The notes below the pieces were generated by a model, which had not been told where the DNA came from, searched no databases, and saw only the letters and a list, made by a program, of their open reading frames with translations. Position numbers and translations under genes: made by a program. 64,000 bases of DNA from Patescibacteria group bacterium (GTDB lineage Bacteria; Patescibacteriota; Microgenomatia; UBA1400; MFAQ01): the NCBI GenBank assembly GCA_943355005.1, contig CALRDV010000005.1:4999-68998 (forward strand), in the 5' to 3' direction. Positions within the stretch are counted from its first letter, which is position 1. The number at the start of each line of letters is the position of its first letter. Below, in pieces: positions 37,383-46,330 of this stretch.

Positions 37383-37946
37383 ATGGGGCTGATCAAAATA
37401 AAACACAAATCAATCGCCCTGCCCAAAAATACCAAGCTTTATCGTCAAACATACGAAAAGACCGAGGGCATCAAAGATGTCCATGTTCTTAAAGTAAATG
37501 TTTTTGCAGATGATTATGGTGGTTGGTTTAAGGAGTCTATGAGATTAGATACCAAGGGAAACAATGTCGCTCTCAAAGAGCTTGGGTTATCGTTTCACCC
37601 CATCCAAACCAATACCTCATTTTTGGCACCCAAGACCAAACGATTTTGGCACATTCATCCGAAACAAAATGAAATCTGGACTACAAGTGGCACAATACTC
37701 ATGGGTCTTATCGACTACCGGCCAGAATCTATTACTTATCGCACTAAGATGAAAGTCATTCTTTCTTCTGACAAATTGATTTATATACCCGCCGGCGTCG
37801 CTCATGGTTTTATCAATCCCAATTTTGATCCGGTTGTTCTAAACTATTTTACGGATCAATACTTCGTGGCGAATGAATTTACCCAAGAATGTCGCATAGA
37901 CCCCAAAGTTGTATCCTTCGATTTTGTCAAACCGGAAAAAATGTAA
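37383..37946 (+). CDS. rmlC: dTDP-4-dehydrorhamnose 3,5-epimerase family (divergent)
   Basis: DDYGGWFKE, WHIH, DYRPESIT, IPAGVAHGF; operon context. Confidence 0.8.
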   Translation: MGLIKIKHKSIALPKNTKLYRQTYEKTEGIKDVHVLKVNVFADDYGGWFKESMRLDTKGNNVALKELGLSFHPIQTNTSFLAPKTKRFWHIHPKQNEIWTTSGTILMGLIDYRPESITYRTKMKVILSSDKLIYIPAGVAHGFINPNFDPVVLNYFTDQYFVANEFTQECRIDPKVVSFDFVKPEKM

Positions 37947-37948
37947 AT

Positions 37949-38887
37949 ATGAAAGAAAAAATACTCGTCACCGGCGCAACAGGATTAGTAGGTTCAAGAT
38001 TCGTCGAACTTGCCAAAGAATACAGTCTCTATACTCCGACATCAGAGGAAATGGATATTAATAATCCAAGTTCTGTGAAGTCTTATGTGGAGAAAACAAA
38101 TCCGGATTGGATTATCAACTTCGCCGCTTTTACAGATGTAAATGCTTCAGAAGAACAAACCGGTGACAACACCGCTAGCGCATGGCAAATAAATGTGGTT
38201 GGAGTGCAGAATTTGCTTGGCGCTTTCAAGTCCAAAAATATTATTCAAATATCTACGGACATGGTTTTCCCGGGAGATTTATCACAGCCAGGACCCTATG
38301 CCGAGACAGATATACCACCCACCACAAACGAAAAACTTACCTGGTATGGCTGGACCAAAAATAGAGCCGAAAAATTAATCAATGAAAGAGGTGGTACTGT
38401 TCTTAGAATTATTTATCCCGTTAGATCAAGTTTTGAGGATAAATTAGACTATATTCGAGGAGCCCTCAAAAAATTTGTTGAAGGTAAGATGTATCCCTTG
38501 TTTCATGACCAGCAAATCTCTATCGCCTTTGTAGACGAAATAGTCACTACTCTTAAGAAAATTATTGAGAATGACGCACACGGTGTTTTTCATGCTTCAT
38601 CCGACACCACTACGCCTCATGAATTAATTTCCTTCGTAATTAAGCAACTTGGTGGCGATGAATCATTGGTTAAATCAGCCTCAATTCATGATTTTCTGGC
38701 GACTCAAAAGAATGCCAATCGTTATCCGGTTTTTGGTGGTCTAAAGTCTAAGCTTACAGAAGAAAGATTGTTTGGTGGACTAAAAACTGTTATTACCGAA
38801 GAAGAGCTAAGCACTCATTTCTCTACATGGCAAACTGTGGTCGAGTATCTCATTGGCCAAGGTCTCACCTTGCCTGATAAGCAATAA
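37949..38887 (+). CDS. rmlD: dTDP-4-dehydrorhamnose reductase
   Basis: Start placed at ATG 37949; TGATGLVG, AAFTDV, ISTDMVF, YGWTK. Confidence 0.88.
   Translation: MKEKILVTGATGLVGSRFVELAKEYSLYTPTSEEMDINNPSSVKSYVEKTNPDWIINFAAFTDVNASEEQTGDNTASAWQINVVGVQNLLGAFKSKNIIQISTDMVFPGDLSQPGPYAETDIPPTTNEKLTWYGWTKNRAEKLINERGGTVLRIIYPVRSSFEDKLDYIRGALKKFVEGKMYPLFHDQQISIAFVDEIVTTLKKIIENDAHGVFHASSDTTTPHELISFVIKQLGGDESLVKSASIHDFLATQKNANRYPVFGGLKSKLTEERLFGGLKTVITEEELSTHFSTWQTVVEYLIGQGLTLPDKQ
38732..38809 (+). repeat. Diverged 39-bp tandem duplication in rmlD
   Basis: FGGLKSKLTEERL followed by FGGLKTVITEEEL. Confidence 0.75.
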
Positions 38888-38904
38888 TCGAGTACCATAA
38901 TAAT

Positions 38905-39717
38905 ATGTCTGTTCGTTCTGTCATTCCCGACCTGATCGGGAATCTATTTAAATTCACTCCGATTATAATTGTCGCTTTTTTGGCTTTCATCTTCTCCCCA
39001 CTCGTCATGGCCAGCGCCAAATCAGACTACGATTATCAGTACGGTAAATATAGAACCAATTTTGCCGAGTTCGCTATTCTTAAGCAAGACTACTTAACAA
39101 CTCCAAGTCTGGACAATCAGCAAAAGGTTATGATCTCGGCCAAGCAGACTATCCTTAGTCGTGATCTAGCCAAAGCATCTCTAGATTGGTATCTTCTGGA
39201 TCTTATTGGCAGTTATCGCGTCGATTACGACCCCATTAAGCCCGTAATCACTGCTTTAAACAGCTCACGCCAATATTTCCTGGATCAATCATTTAAAGCC
39301 CAAAGTATAGTCACTGAAGCCGATTTAAAGAAATTTACCAACAATTATCTCGAGACTGTTCCTGTAAACGACGCCATGATTAAGTTCGGCATCTTAGCTC
39401 ACAAAATCGCTGAGTTGGTCAGAATCCAAATCGATTCCAAGACGGCATTGGAAACCATCATTCCCAAACTACCTTCACCTATGCCACAGAATCTTACCGA
39501 TCGTATCCAAGAGCTCAGAGATAAAGCCAAATTTATAGATGCGAAGATTGATACATTTGCCAATAATCTTCCCATGGCCGAGGCCGTGTCTGAGTCAGCT
39601 AATGATATTTTCTTCTCCTCCCGCGTAGAGATTTTGACTGAGATTCGTCTACTTCAATTAGATTGGATTAATCGTCTTATTGATATCGATATAAACTATG
39701 TCCAACCCCAAATTTGA
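38905..39717 (+). CDS. Secreted alpha-helical hypothetical protein
   Basis: Signal peptide ending VMA, preceded by the repeat-derived VIPDLIGNL; helical composition. Confidence 0.7.
   Translation: MSVRSVIPDLIGNLFKFTPIIIVAFLAFIFSPLVMASAKSDYDYQYGKYRTNFAEFAILKQDYLTTPSLDNQQKVMISAKQTILSRDLAKASLDWYLLDLIGSYRVDYDPIKPVITALNSSRQYFLDQSFKAQSIVTEADLKKFTNNYLETVPVNDAMIKFGILAHKIAELVRIQIDSKTALETIIPKLPSPMPQNLTDRIQELRDKAKFIDAKIDTFANNLPMAEAVSESANDIFFSSRVEILTEIRLLQLDWINRLIDIDINYVQPQI
38920..38945 (+). repeat. Type A element, in frame in a signal-peptide n-region
   Basis: GTCATTCCCGACCTGATCGGGAATCT. Confidence 0.9.
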
Positions 39718-40063
39718 AATAACCAATCCGGAAGCAATTAAGCTTATAAATGATCTAAAAAGTGGAGTTATTTTTGCTCCCGTAAAAGCTTGGCTTACTA
39801 AATATAAGTGGTACTGGGTAAGTGGTCTGGTCGTGATTGTGCTTTTGATTTCTTTAGCTATTGGCAAGTCTATTGCCGACAGTCGCAGGGCTCCGGTATT
39901 TCTACCACCCGATCTGGGTACTCCGGTACCTACCACAGAAGTTGTTGTTAAATCAGATTATCAGTGGATTCGACAGAATATTTTAAATTACAGCACCGAG
40001 CTTCCTGATCCGGTGATTCCAGTAATGGATAACGCAATAAATCTCGAAAGTGCTAATATATAA
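39698..40063 (+). CDS. Single-TM hypothetical protein
   Basis: One TM helix and a Pro-rich tail; overlaps the upstream gene. Confidence 0.65.
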   Translation: MSNPKFEITNPEAIKLINDLKSGVIFAPVKAWLTKYKWYWVSGLVVIVLLISLAIGKSIADSRRAPVFLPPDLGTPVPTTEVVVKSDYQWIRQNILNYSTELPDPVIPVMDNAINLESANI

Positions 40064-40066
40064 ACT

Positions 40067-40819
40067 ATGGCAAAAACCGCTACCAAAAAAACAATTAATA
40101 AAGTAAAACCGGCAATGTCCGCAGAAAAAATGAAAACAAAAAAATCGGTGAAAGTAATTAAAAAACTACGTCCCGTTTCGGAAGAAACGTTTGAAATGGA
40201 TTCTTCTGTTTCTTCAATTAAAGAAGTCAGTCGTCCTCCCTTTGGATTTATTGTAAAACTAGTGCTAATCGTGGCTCTTGGTTCTGCCCTTTATCTACTT
40301 GCTCAGAAATATCGCGGTCTTGTATTGGCCGGTACCGTAAATTCTTCTCCTATTAGCCGATATGAACTAAACCAGAAAATGGTCGAGAAATATGGCAAAC
40401 AAACTCTGGATGATATTATCAACGAAAGAATCCTAAATTCTGAATTAAAGAAAAACAATATTGTAGTTTCCGATCAAGATGTCTCTACAGAAATGGCCAA
40501 GATTATCAAAGACTATGGTGGTGATGAAGCCTTTAAGTCGGCACTCACTCAATATGGTCTTACCGAAGCCAAAGCCAAAGATTCCATCAAGCAGAGTTTG
40601 GGTCTCAAGAAGTTAGTTGAAAAAAGTTACAAGATTGACATCACTGCCGACAAAATCAAAAAGTACTTTGATGACAACAAGACTCAGTTCAAAGATAAAA
40701 AATTGGAAGAAGTCTCAGCCAGTATCAAGGATACCCTTTATCAGCAGGAAGTCTACGCCAAGACCCAAGAGTGGTTTACCGGTGTTCGCAAGACTGCCAA
40801 GATCGTAACCTTCATTTAA
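40067..40819 (+). CDS. SurA-N/PrsA-like membrane-anchored chaperone lacking a recognisable PPIase domain
   Basis: TM, GTVNSSPISR, YGKQTLDDIINE, NIVVSDQDV. Confidence 0.75.
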   Translation: MAKTATKKTINKVKPAMSAEKMKTKKSVKVIKKLRPVSEETFEMDSSVSSIKEVSRPPFGFIVKLVLIVALGSALYLLAQKYRGLVLAGTVNSSPISRYELNQKMVEKYGKQTLDDIINERILNSELKKNNIVVSDQDVSTEMAKIIKDYGGDEAFKSALTQYGLTEAKAKDSIKQSLGLKKLVEKSYKIDITADKIKKYFDDNKTQFKDKKLEEVSASIKDTLYQQEVYAKTQEWFTGVRKTAKIVTFI

Positions 40820-40825
40820 ATTAAA

Positions 40826-41623
40826 GTGAAAAAATCTGCCCAAGATTTAAAAGAAAAAATTTCGAAAGCTGTTGTTAAGCGCTGGATGATTCCGGCGCTT
40901 ACGGCTTTTGTGGTTATTATTTTGATAATCATCGCGGTTTTTTATAGGAGAGGTCCTCAAGTTATAGCTCCCGTTGAGCCATCGGCATCACCTTCTGCCA
41001 TTTTAAATCCTGGGAATATTTCACTACCTTCACCCGAGTTGCGAAGCAGTAGCTCAATTGAGAGTGTTTTAAAAGGCCGTCGCACCCGAAGAGACTTTAT
41101 GGATACAGAGCTTACTCTCAAGCAAGTGTCTCAGATGCTTTGGGCGGCTCAAGGTGTCACAGTCGATTGGGGTGGTCGCACTACTCCTTCTGCCAAGTCC
41201 ACCTATCCATTATCGGTATTCCTAATTGCAAACAAGGTTTCCGGCTTGGAGCCGGGAGAGTATCAATACATTCCGGGGGATAGAACTCCGATCCACCAGC
41301 TGAGACCTTTGAAGTTAGTTGATCTAAAAAAAGCTCTGTTTGAAACCTTAAACGAAAGTTCATTCAGGAATGCTCCCGCGGTTTTGGTAATTACCGGGAA
41401 CATGGGGAAAATGGCCGAGTCTTATGGTGGCATCCCTCACGATAAAGAAGTTTACTTAGAAGCCGGCCACGCCGGTCAAAATCTCTATCTTCAGGCCGAA
41501 AGTCTAAAACTCGGCGTGGTTACCATCTCCGGCTTCGACGAAGAAAAAGTCCTGGATCTAGTGACTATTCCAGACACGGATACTATAATCTACCTAATTC
41601 CATTTGGAATCCCTAAACAATAA
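40826..41623 (+). CDS. SagB/ThcOx-family nitroreductase-like protein with N-terminal TM
   Basis: RRTRRDF, LWAAQG, RTTPSA, EAGHAGQNLYLQA. Confidence 0.88.
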   Translation: MKKSAQDLKEKISKAVVKRWMIPALTAFVVIILIIIAVFYRRGPQVIAPVEPSASPSAILNPGNISLPSPELRSSSSIESVLKGRRTRRDFMDTELTLKQVSQMLWAAQGVTVDWGGRTTPSAKSTYPLSVFLIANKVSGLEPGEYQYIPGDRTPIHQLRPLKLVDLKKALFETLNESSFRNAPAVLVITGNMGKMAESYGGIPHDKEVYLEAGHAGQNLYLQAESLKLGVVTISGFDEEKVLDLVTIPDTDTIIYLIPFGIPKQ

Positions 41624-41628
41624 ATAAG

Positions 41629-41868
41629 ATGACTGGAGAAAAAACCTTAGAAGAAATAACTCAAAAAAACCAAAAAGAGAGATTTAGTCATTTATCAGAC
41701 AGAGAAAGAGAATCTTTTTTTCAAAAATTGATGACTCATGATCATCTAAACGAGGATCTAGCGAGGGCTGTATTTGAATTATTTGAAGATGGACGGGCGG
41801 GGTCAGTTGCTGAAGCAAAAAAAATCATAAGGGAGAGTGAAAATCCATCTCACTACTCCGATCACTAG
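41629..41868 (+). CDS. Small hypothetical protein
   Basis: 79-aa ORF packed directly after the upstream gene. Confidence 0.5.
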   Translation: MTGEKTLEEITQKNQKERFSHLSDRERESFFQKLMTHDHLNEDLARAVFELFEDGRAGSVAEAKKIIRESENPSHYSDH

Positions 41869-41882
41869 TCCAAAGATCTATT

Positions 41883-41908
41883 GTCATTCCGGGCTTGACT
41901 CGGAATCC
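41883..41908 (+). repeat. Type A element between convergent genes
   Basis: GTCATTCCGGGCTTGACTCGGAATCC. Confidence 0.88.
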
Positions 41909-41923
41909 ATCAAATCAATTCCA

Positions 41924-42556
41924 CTACCTGCCCTTACGCCACTTTTCGATTTCCTTGTGATTCCCGGAAAGTAAAACATCCGGCACTTTCCAGCCATTGT
42001 AATCGGCCGGGCGGGTGTATTGAGGATATTCCATGGCCATTTCCTCACTGTAGGACTCTTCTTTAAGAGATTCAGGGTTTCCGAGTACCCCGGGCATCAG
42101 CCGGCAAATACTATCGACCACCACCATCACCGGAAGTTCGCCACCACTTAATACATAAGGCCCGATGCTATAGATTTCATCTGCCAAGTGTTCGTGGACG
42201 CGGTGATCAATACCCTCAAAGTGAGGTGCAATAAAAATCAAATGCTCTTCGGATTTTAATTTTTCGGCACTTTTCTGGTCATACATTTTGCCCTTTGTAT
42301 CCATCAAAATCACTTTAGTGTTTTCTTTTTTAAGTTCTTTTATCGCTCTGTCTATCACGTCGATTTTCATCACCATGCCGGCTCCGCCCCCAAATGGGTG
42401 GTCATCTACACTTTTGTAGTTATCATCGCTCCAGTCCCTTAAATTGCGGACATTAATCTGCACGGCCTCTGTTCCGACGGCTCTGCCAATCATGGAAGTG
42501 CGGAAAACACCCTCAAACATCTCGGGGAATATGGTCAAAATATCGATTATCAGCAT
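41924..42556 (-). CDS. trmD: tRNA (guanine37-N1)-methyltransferase
   Basis: Start placed at ATG 42556 (MLIIDILTIFPEMF); VDDHPFGGGAGMV, EGIDHR, SIGPYVLSGGE, EYPQYTRP, VPDVLLSGNH. Confidence 0.96.
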   Translation of the reverse strand: MLIIDILTIFPEMFEGVFRTSMIGRAVGTEAVQINVRNLRDWSDDNYKSVDDHPFGGGAGMVMKIDVIDRAIKELKKENTKVILMDTKGKMYDQKSAEKLKSEEHLIFIAPHFEGIDHRVHEHLADEIYSIGPYVLSGGELPVMVVVDSICRLMPGVLGNPESLKEESYSEEMAMEYPQYTRPADYNGWKVPDVLLSGNHKEIEKWRKGR

Positions 42557-42576
42557 ACAGATAGTATAATCGAAGC
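42557..42576. promoter_or_regulatory. Overlapping bidirectional -10 element in a 20-bp gap
   Basis: AGTATAAT at 42563-42570 gives TATACT on - (6 nt to the trmD ATG) and TATAAT on + (6 nt to ATG 42577). Confidence 0.7.
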
Positions 42577-42900
42577 ATGCCAAGACTTGTAAAGAAAACC
42601 GCTCACGCACCCATGAAGGTAGGGGATAAGTTTATTTGTATGTGTGGACTCTCCAAAGACCAGCCATTTTGCGACAAATCCCACCTAAAGACCATAAAGG
42701 AGGACGAATCCAAGCTCTACTGGTACGAGAATGGTAAAGCCGAAGAAATTGTGACCGAACCCGGCGAGTGTAATTGTGAAGAGTGTAAAGAAGAGAAAGC
42801 CTGTTGTGATGAAGGTGACTGTAAGTGTGGAGGTAAAGGAGATAGTGAGTGTAAAGGGGATTGCTCAGGAGAAAATTACTGCGGCAATTGTAAAAAATAA
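42577..42900 (+). CDS. CDGSH iron-sulfur protein with Cys-rich tail
   Basis: CMCGLSKDQPFCDKSH motif; 11 Cys in the last 44 or so residues. Confidence 0.85.
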   Translation: MPRLVKKTAHAPMKVGDKFICMCGLSKDQPFCDKSHLKTIKEDESKLYWYENGKAEEIVTEPGECNCEECKEEKACCDEGDCKCGGKGDSECKGDCSGENYCGNCKK

Positions 42901-42902
42901 TT

Positions 42903-44084
42903 ATGAAAAAACTTCCTATCGCCGTCATTATCATCCCCACGTATAACGAAGCTGATTCAATTGGAAAGATGATCGACCATCTTTTTACTGTCACATTCCC
43001 AATAATTAAAAATTGGGACTGTAAGGTATTGGTGGTAGACGACACGTCCCCGGATGGCACATACAAGGTTGTTCAGGCCAAGCAAAAACAATTTAAGAAT
43101 TTATTTTTATCACTCAGCGCCAAGAAAACCGGAATCGGCGGGGCTTACGTTCGAGGATTCCGCTACTCTATGACGGAGCTTCGTGCAGATGTCGTCATTG
43201 AGATGGATGGCGACTTTCAGCACCCACCTAGACTGGTTACCAAGCTTTTAAAAGCAATCGATGATGGTTATGATTATGTAATCGGCTCCAGAAAAATAAA
43301 GGGCGGTACAAATCCAAAAGGATGGGGATTCAAAAGATTGTTCTTTAGTGAGATTGGTGGACTTGTAGCCAGAATGATCATGTTTTTCCCGACCAGAAAA
43401 TTCTTTAAAATCACCGACCCCACCAGTGGTCTAAGAGCATCAAGAGTCAAAGGTTTTGTCGACACCATGGACATGGATCATCTATATTCCAAAAGCTTTG
43501 GTTACAAGATGGAGTTTTTGTTTCAGATGATCGGACTGGGAGCAAGATACACAGAGATACCTCTCCAATTCAATGTTCGCAATGCTGGCGAATCCAAGAT
43601 CGAACCACAAACAGCAAAAGAGATATTTAAAACAGTTTTCTTGTTGAGATTAAATGATCCGGTTACCAAAAAGTTTATCAAGTTCGGCACTATTGGTTTC
43701 TGCGGTTTTATTATTAACAAAATAGGCTTAGATGTCTTTGCTACCATTCTCGGTAGGTTTATTGATAGTGTTGGTGTTCGAAACACTTTTGCAAACGCTA
43801 TGGCCGCCGAACTATCCATAATTAATAATTTTACGCTCAACAATCGTTGGACCTTCAAGAAAGAGCGCCTTCCTTGGGGCAAGAAATTAATTCGTAAATT
43901 CACCCAGTTCAATCTCAGCTCTGTCTTCTCCGGAATTATTATGCCTAGCTTGGTTATCGGAGCCGGCACCCATTTCTTTGGAGATGACTACCGTACCTTT
44001 TTCTTGATTGGAGCAGTCATCTTTATCACTGTCCCGCTAAATTGGTTCATTTATAACGTCTTTATCTGGAAAAAGATTCAGTGA
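42903..44084 (+). CDS. Polyprenol-phosphate mannose synthase-like GT2 fused to a GtrA-like flippase domain
   Basis: IPTYNE, DDTSPDGT, MDGDFQH, DPTSG; C-terminal FIKFGTIG...NNRWTF. Confidence 0.88.
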   Translation: MKKLPIAVIIIPTYNEADSIGKMIDHLFTVTFPIIKNWDCKVLVVDDTSPDGTYKVVQAKQKQFKNLFLSLSAKKTGIGGAYVRGFRYSMTELRADVVIEMDGDFQHPPRLVTKLLKAIDDGYDYVIGSRKIKGGTNPKGWGFKRLFFSEIGGLVARMIMFFPTRKFFKITDPTSGLRASRVKGFVDTMDMDHLYSKSFGYKMEFLFQMIGLGARYTEIPLQFNVRNAGESKIEPQTAKEIFKTVFLLRLNDPVTKKFIKFGTIGFCGFIINKIGLDVFATILGRFIDSVGVRNTFANAMAAELSIINNFTLNNRWTFKKERLPWGKKLIRKFTQFNLSSVFSGIIMPSLVIGAGTHFFGDDYRTFFLIGAVIFITVPLNWFIYNVFIWKKIQ

Positions 44085-45184
44085 AAAAAACTCGCTTAGA
44101 GTTATTGGACATTTCGAGAGGCATTTTTTTGTTTGGAATTCTTGTCGATCATCTTCGAAATTTCCCAAGCATATTTTTATTTCTCACTGGTGGTGCCTAT
44201 CTCTGGGTTTCTTTTGCTGCCGGTTTTTTTGTCATTTCCGGGTTCATCTATGGTTACAAGAATAGTCTTCAAGAGATTTCTTTCGGATCACTTGTCAAGC
44301 ATGCTTGGTCAAGGGCTGCAAAGCTTTACTTCTGGGGAATTGCTCTGACTCTTCTCTTTACCGTTTGGGGAAATTATCTTCCGGTCGAGATCAGAAAGAT
44401 GGGCCTCTGGGAAATTGAAACAAGCAACCTTTTCCGGCTGGTAGTCGATACGCTAACTTTGAAATATATCTACGGTTGGGCCGACTTCTTGCCATATTAC
44501 AGTCTGTATTTATTATTTTCACCCTTCGTGCTTTTGGGAATCAAATACCTCAAAACTTGGCCAATCTTACTTATGAGTTTAATTGTTTGGTATTTTAGGG
44601 GTGACAATATTTACTTGGCTTACCAGATAGTTTTTTTCGCCGGTATGGCTTTGGGCCTAAATCACTCCTATCTGGTCGAAAGATTATTGAAGCTATCCAG
44701 CCATACCAGGAAGGTTCTATTAAAGTTGGTAATCTTTTTGTTTATTGGTTCACTGGTACTATGTCTAATCTCAGTTTTCTTCATAAAAAACATTTCAAAT
44801 TTAGGTATCTCCCTGAATAGCTCAATCATGTATTTTATACATAAAAACAATGTTCTAAATTTGTACTTCGATAAGAAATTACTTGGGTTTGGACGATTAC
44901 TATTAATACCTATTTGGTATGGAGCATTCTTTATATTTATGCACAAGAATATCAATTCTTTTAAGAACTTCATTGGAGAAGCGCTTCGAGATTGGGGTAA
45001 AAACTCTCTTTTTGTCTATATTCTTCATTCCATTATTGTCTTTGCAAGTCCATATTTGATATTCAAAATAGGGCTAAATGGTTTTTGGGATTACACTCTA
45101 TACGTTGGACTGGTTCTATTACTTGTAAATTATGTCGTCAAGATCAAATCTAGGTTCTGGCCCTACAAAACTATCTTCGATTGA
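44081..45184 (+). CDS. OpgC-family membrane acyl/succinyltransferase
   Basis: LDISRG...DH, AAGFFVISG, DFLPYY, AYQIVF, GKNSLFVYILH. Confidence 0.7.
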   Translation: MKKTRLELLDISRGIFLFGILVDHLRNFPSIFLFLTGGAYLWVSFAAGFFVISGFIYGYKNSLQEISFGSLVKHAWSRAAKLYFWGIALTLLFTVWGNYLPVEIRKMGLWEIETSNLFRLVVDTLTLKYIYGWADFLPYYSLYLLFSPFVLLGIKYLKTWPILLMSLIVWYFRGDNIYLAYQIVFFAGMALGLNHSYLVERLLKLSSHTRKVLLKLVIFLFIGSLVLCLISVFFIKNISNLGISLNSSIMYFIHKNNVLNLYFDKKLLGFGRLLLIPIWYGAFFIFMHKNINSFKNFIGEALRDWGKNSLFVYILHSIIVFASPYLIFKIGLNGFWDYTLYVGLVLLLVNYVVKIKSRFWPYKTIFD

Positions 45185-45189
45185 AGCAA

Positions 45190-46305
45190 TTATAAGTACG
45201 GAGCCCAATCTGCAATCGGTGCAGTATTATTCAGAAGGAAGTTCCAAGAGTATATTAAAATCGGCACTATCAGTAAACAGACAATAAATTTAAACTCTTT
45301 TTTTTGTATCATCTTATCCCAGCCAATTAGTACAAATGGAGCAATGGGTAAAATATATCTGCCGATATCTCTGTGAGCGATGAATAAAGTAGAGAGGAAA
45401 AAAAGTCCGGCGAAGAAATATTCGATATCCAGTTTCTTTTCTCTAAGTTTCATAATTCCAATTCCAAATACTAGCCATACCCAAATAATATCTTCAGACC
45501 AGAAACTGCCTACCCAGTTTTGACCATTAGGAGAGAATACACTAAATGGAGGCCAGAAAAGATGGATATTGTCTCCACTATTGAAATAAGCTAATACGTC
45601 TCCCGTTCTAACACCAAAGAACCAAAACAGAAGCGGAATTACCGCAAGCTGGATTAGTAGTGGCCAATATTTAAACAGAATCTTTTTCTCTTTAAATGAT
45701 TGAACTAAAGCAAAAATACCGTAAGCGGCGAGTAGTATAATCGCTGGACTTTTAGTAAGCTGAGCCAAGGCGGCCATGATACCCGCCATCAGAAAATTTT
45801 CTTTTTTGAAAGCATAGACACTGGCCAAGATAAAAAAGATAAACCACGGTTCCGGAGATCCTACGGCTCTTACGGCTACCCACCGGGCAGGCAAAATCAA
45901 GAAAGCCAGACATAGCCAAAGAGCATTTTTGCTTAATTTAAAATCAGTTGTGTACTTCAGCAACATCAGGTAGCAAAGCATCGAACCCAGCAAGGTTGCC
46001 ATCAGCATTGCGGTTGGACCTTTCATAAAAATATCAAACACAGAAATCACTGCCGGATATAGCGGAAAGTGAGCCGGGTAATACTCGGTAGGGAGAGGAC
46101 TTGAAAACTCTGTCTTGATTGCTTCTTTGTTGTACCAAGTTTTAGCCACAATCAAATAATTTGGTCCGTCAAAGTTCTGCCAAAGAGATTTGGTTCCTTC
46201 TGTGAAGTCCAAATTCCATCCGGGGAGATAGATCTTCAAGGCAAAAGGAGCCCAGACCAGCAAGGTAAAGAGTAAGGTAATCAACATTAAATAAGCTCGT
46301 TTCAT
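45190..46305 (-). CDS. GT-C mannosyltransferase-like (PIG-V-like) membrane protein
   Basis: NFDGPNYL..A, AHFPLYP, EPWF, LTKSP, GRYILP. Confidence 0.7.
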   Translation of the reverse strand: MKRAYLMLITLLFTLLVWAPFALKIYLPGWNLDFTEGTKSLWQNFDGPNYLIVAKTWYNKEAIKTEFSSPLPTEYYPAHFPLYPAVISVFDIFMKGPTAMLMATLLGSMLCYLMLLKYTTDFKLSKNALWLCLAFLILPARWVAVRAVGSPEPWFIFFILASVYAFKKENFLMAGIMAALAQLTKSPAIILLAAYGIFALVQSFKEKKILFKYWPLLIQLAVIPLLFWFFGVRTGDVLAYFNSGDNIHLFWPPFSVFSPNGQNWVGSFWSEDIIWVWLVFGIGIMKLREKKLDIEYFFAGLFFLSTLFIAHRDIGRYILPIAPFVLIGWDKMIQKKEFKFIVCLLIVPILIYSWNFLLNNTAPIADWAPYL

Positions 46306-46330
46306 CTATCTCTAGTATATACTTGTGAGT
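46306..46330. promoter_or_regulatory. Overlapping divergent -10 boxes
   Basis: Palindromic AGTATATACT at 46314-46323 gives TATACT on both strands, 8 nt from ATG 46305 and 7 nt from ATG 46331. Confidence 0.65.

Noticed and set aside
40826-41623. RiPP (TOMM) biosynthetic cluster
   Set aside because: No YcaO, E1-like protein or precursor peptide is adjacent; stand-alone SagB-like proteins are common.
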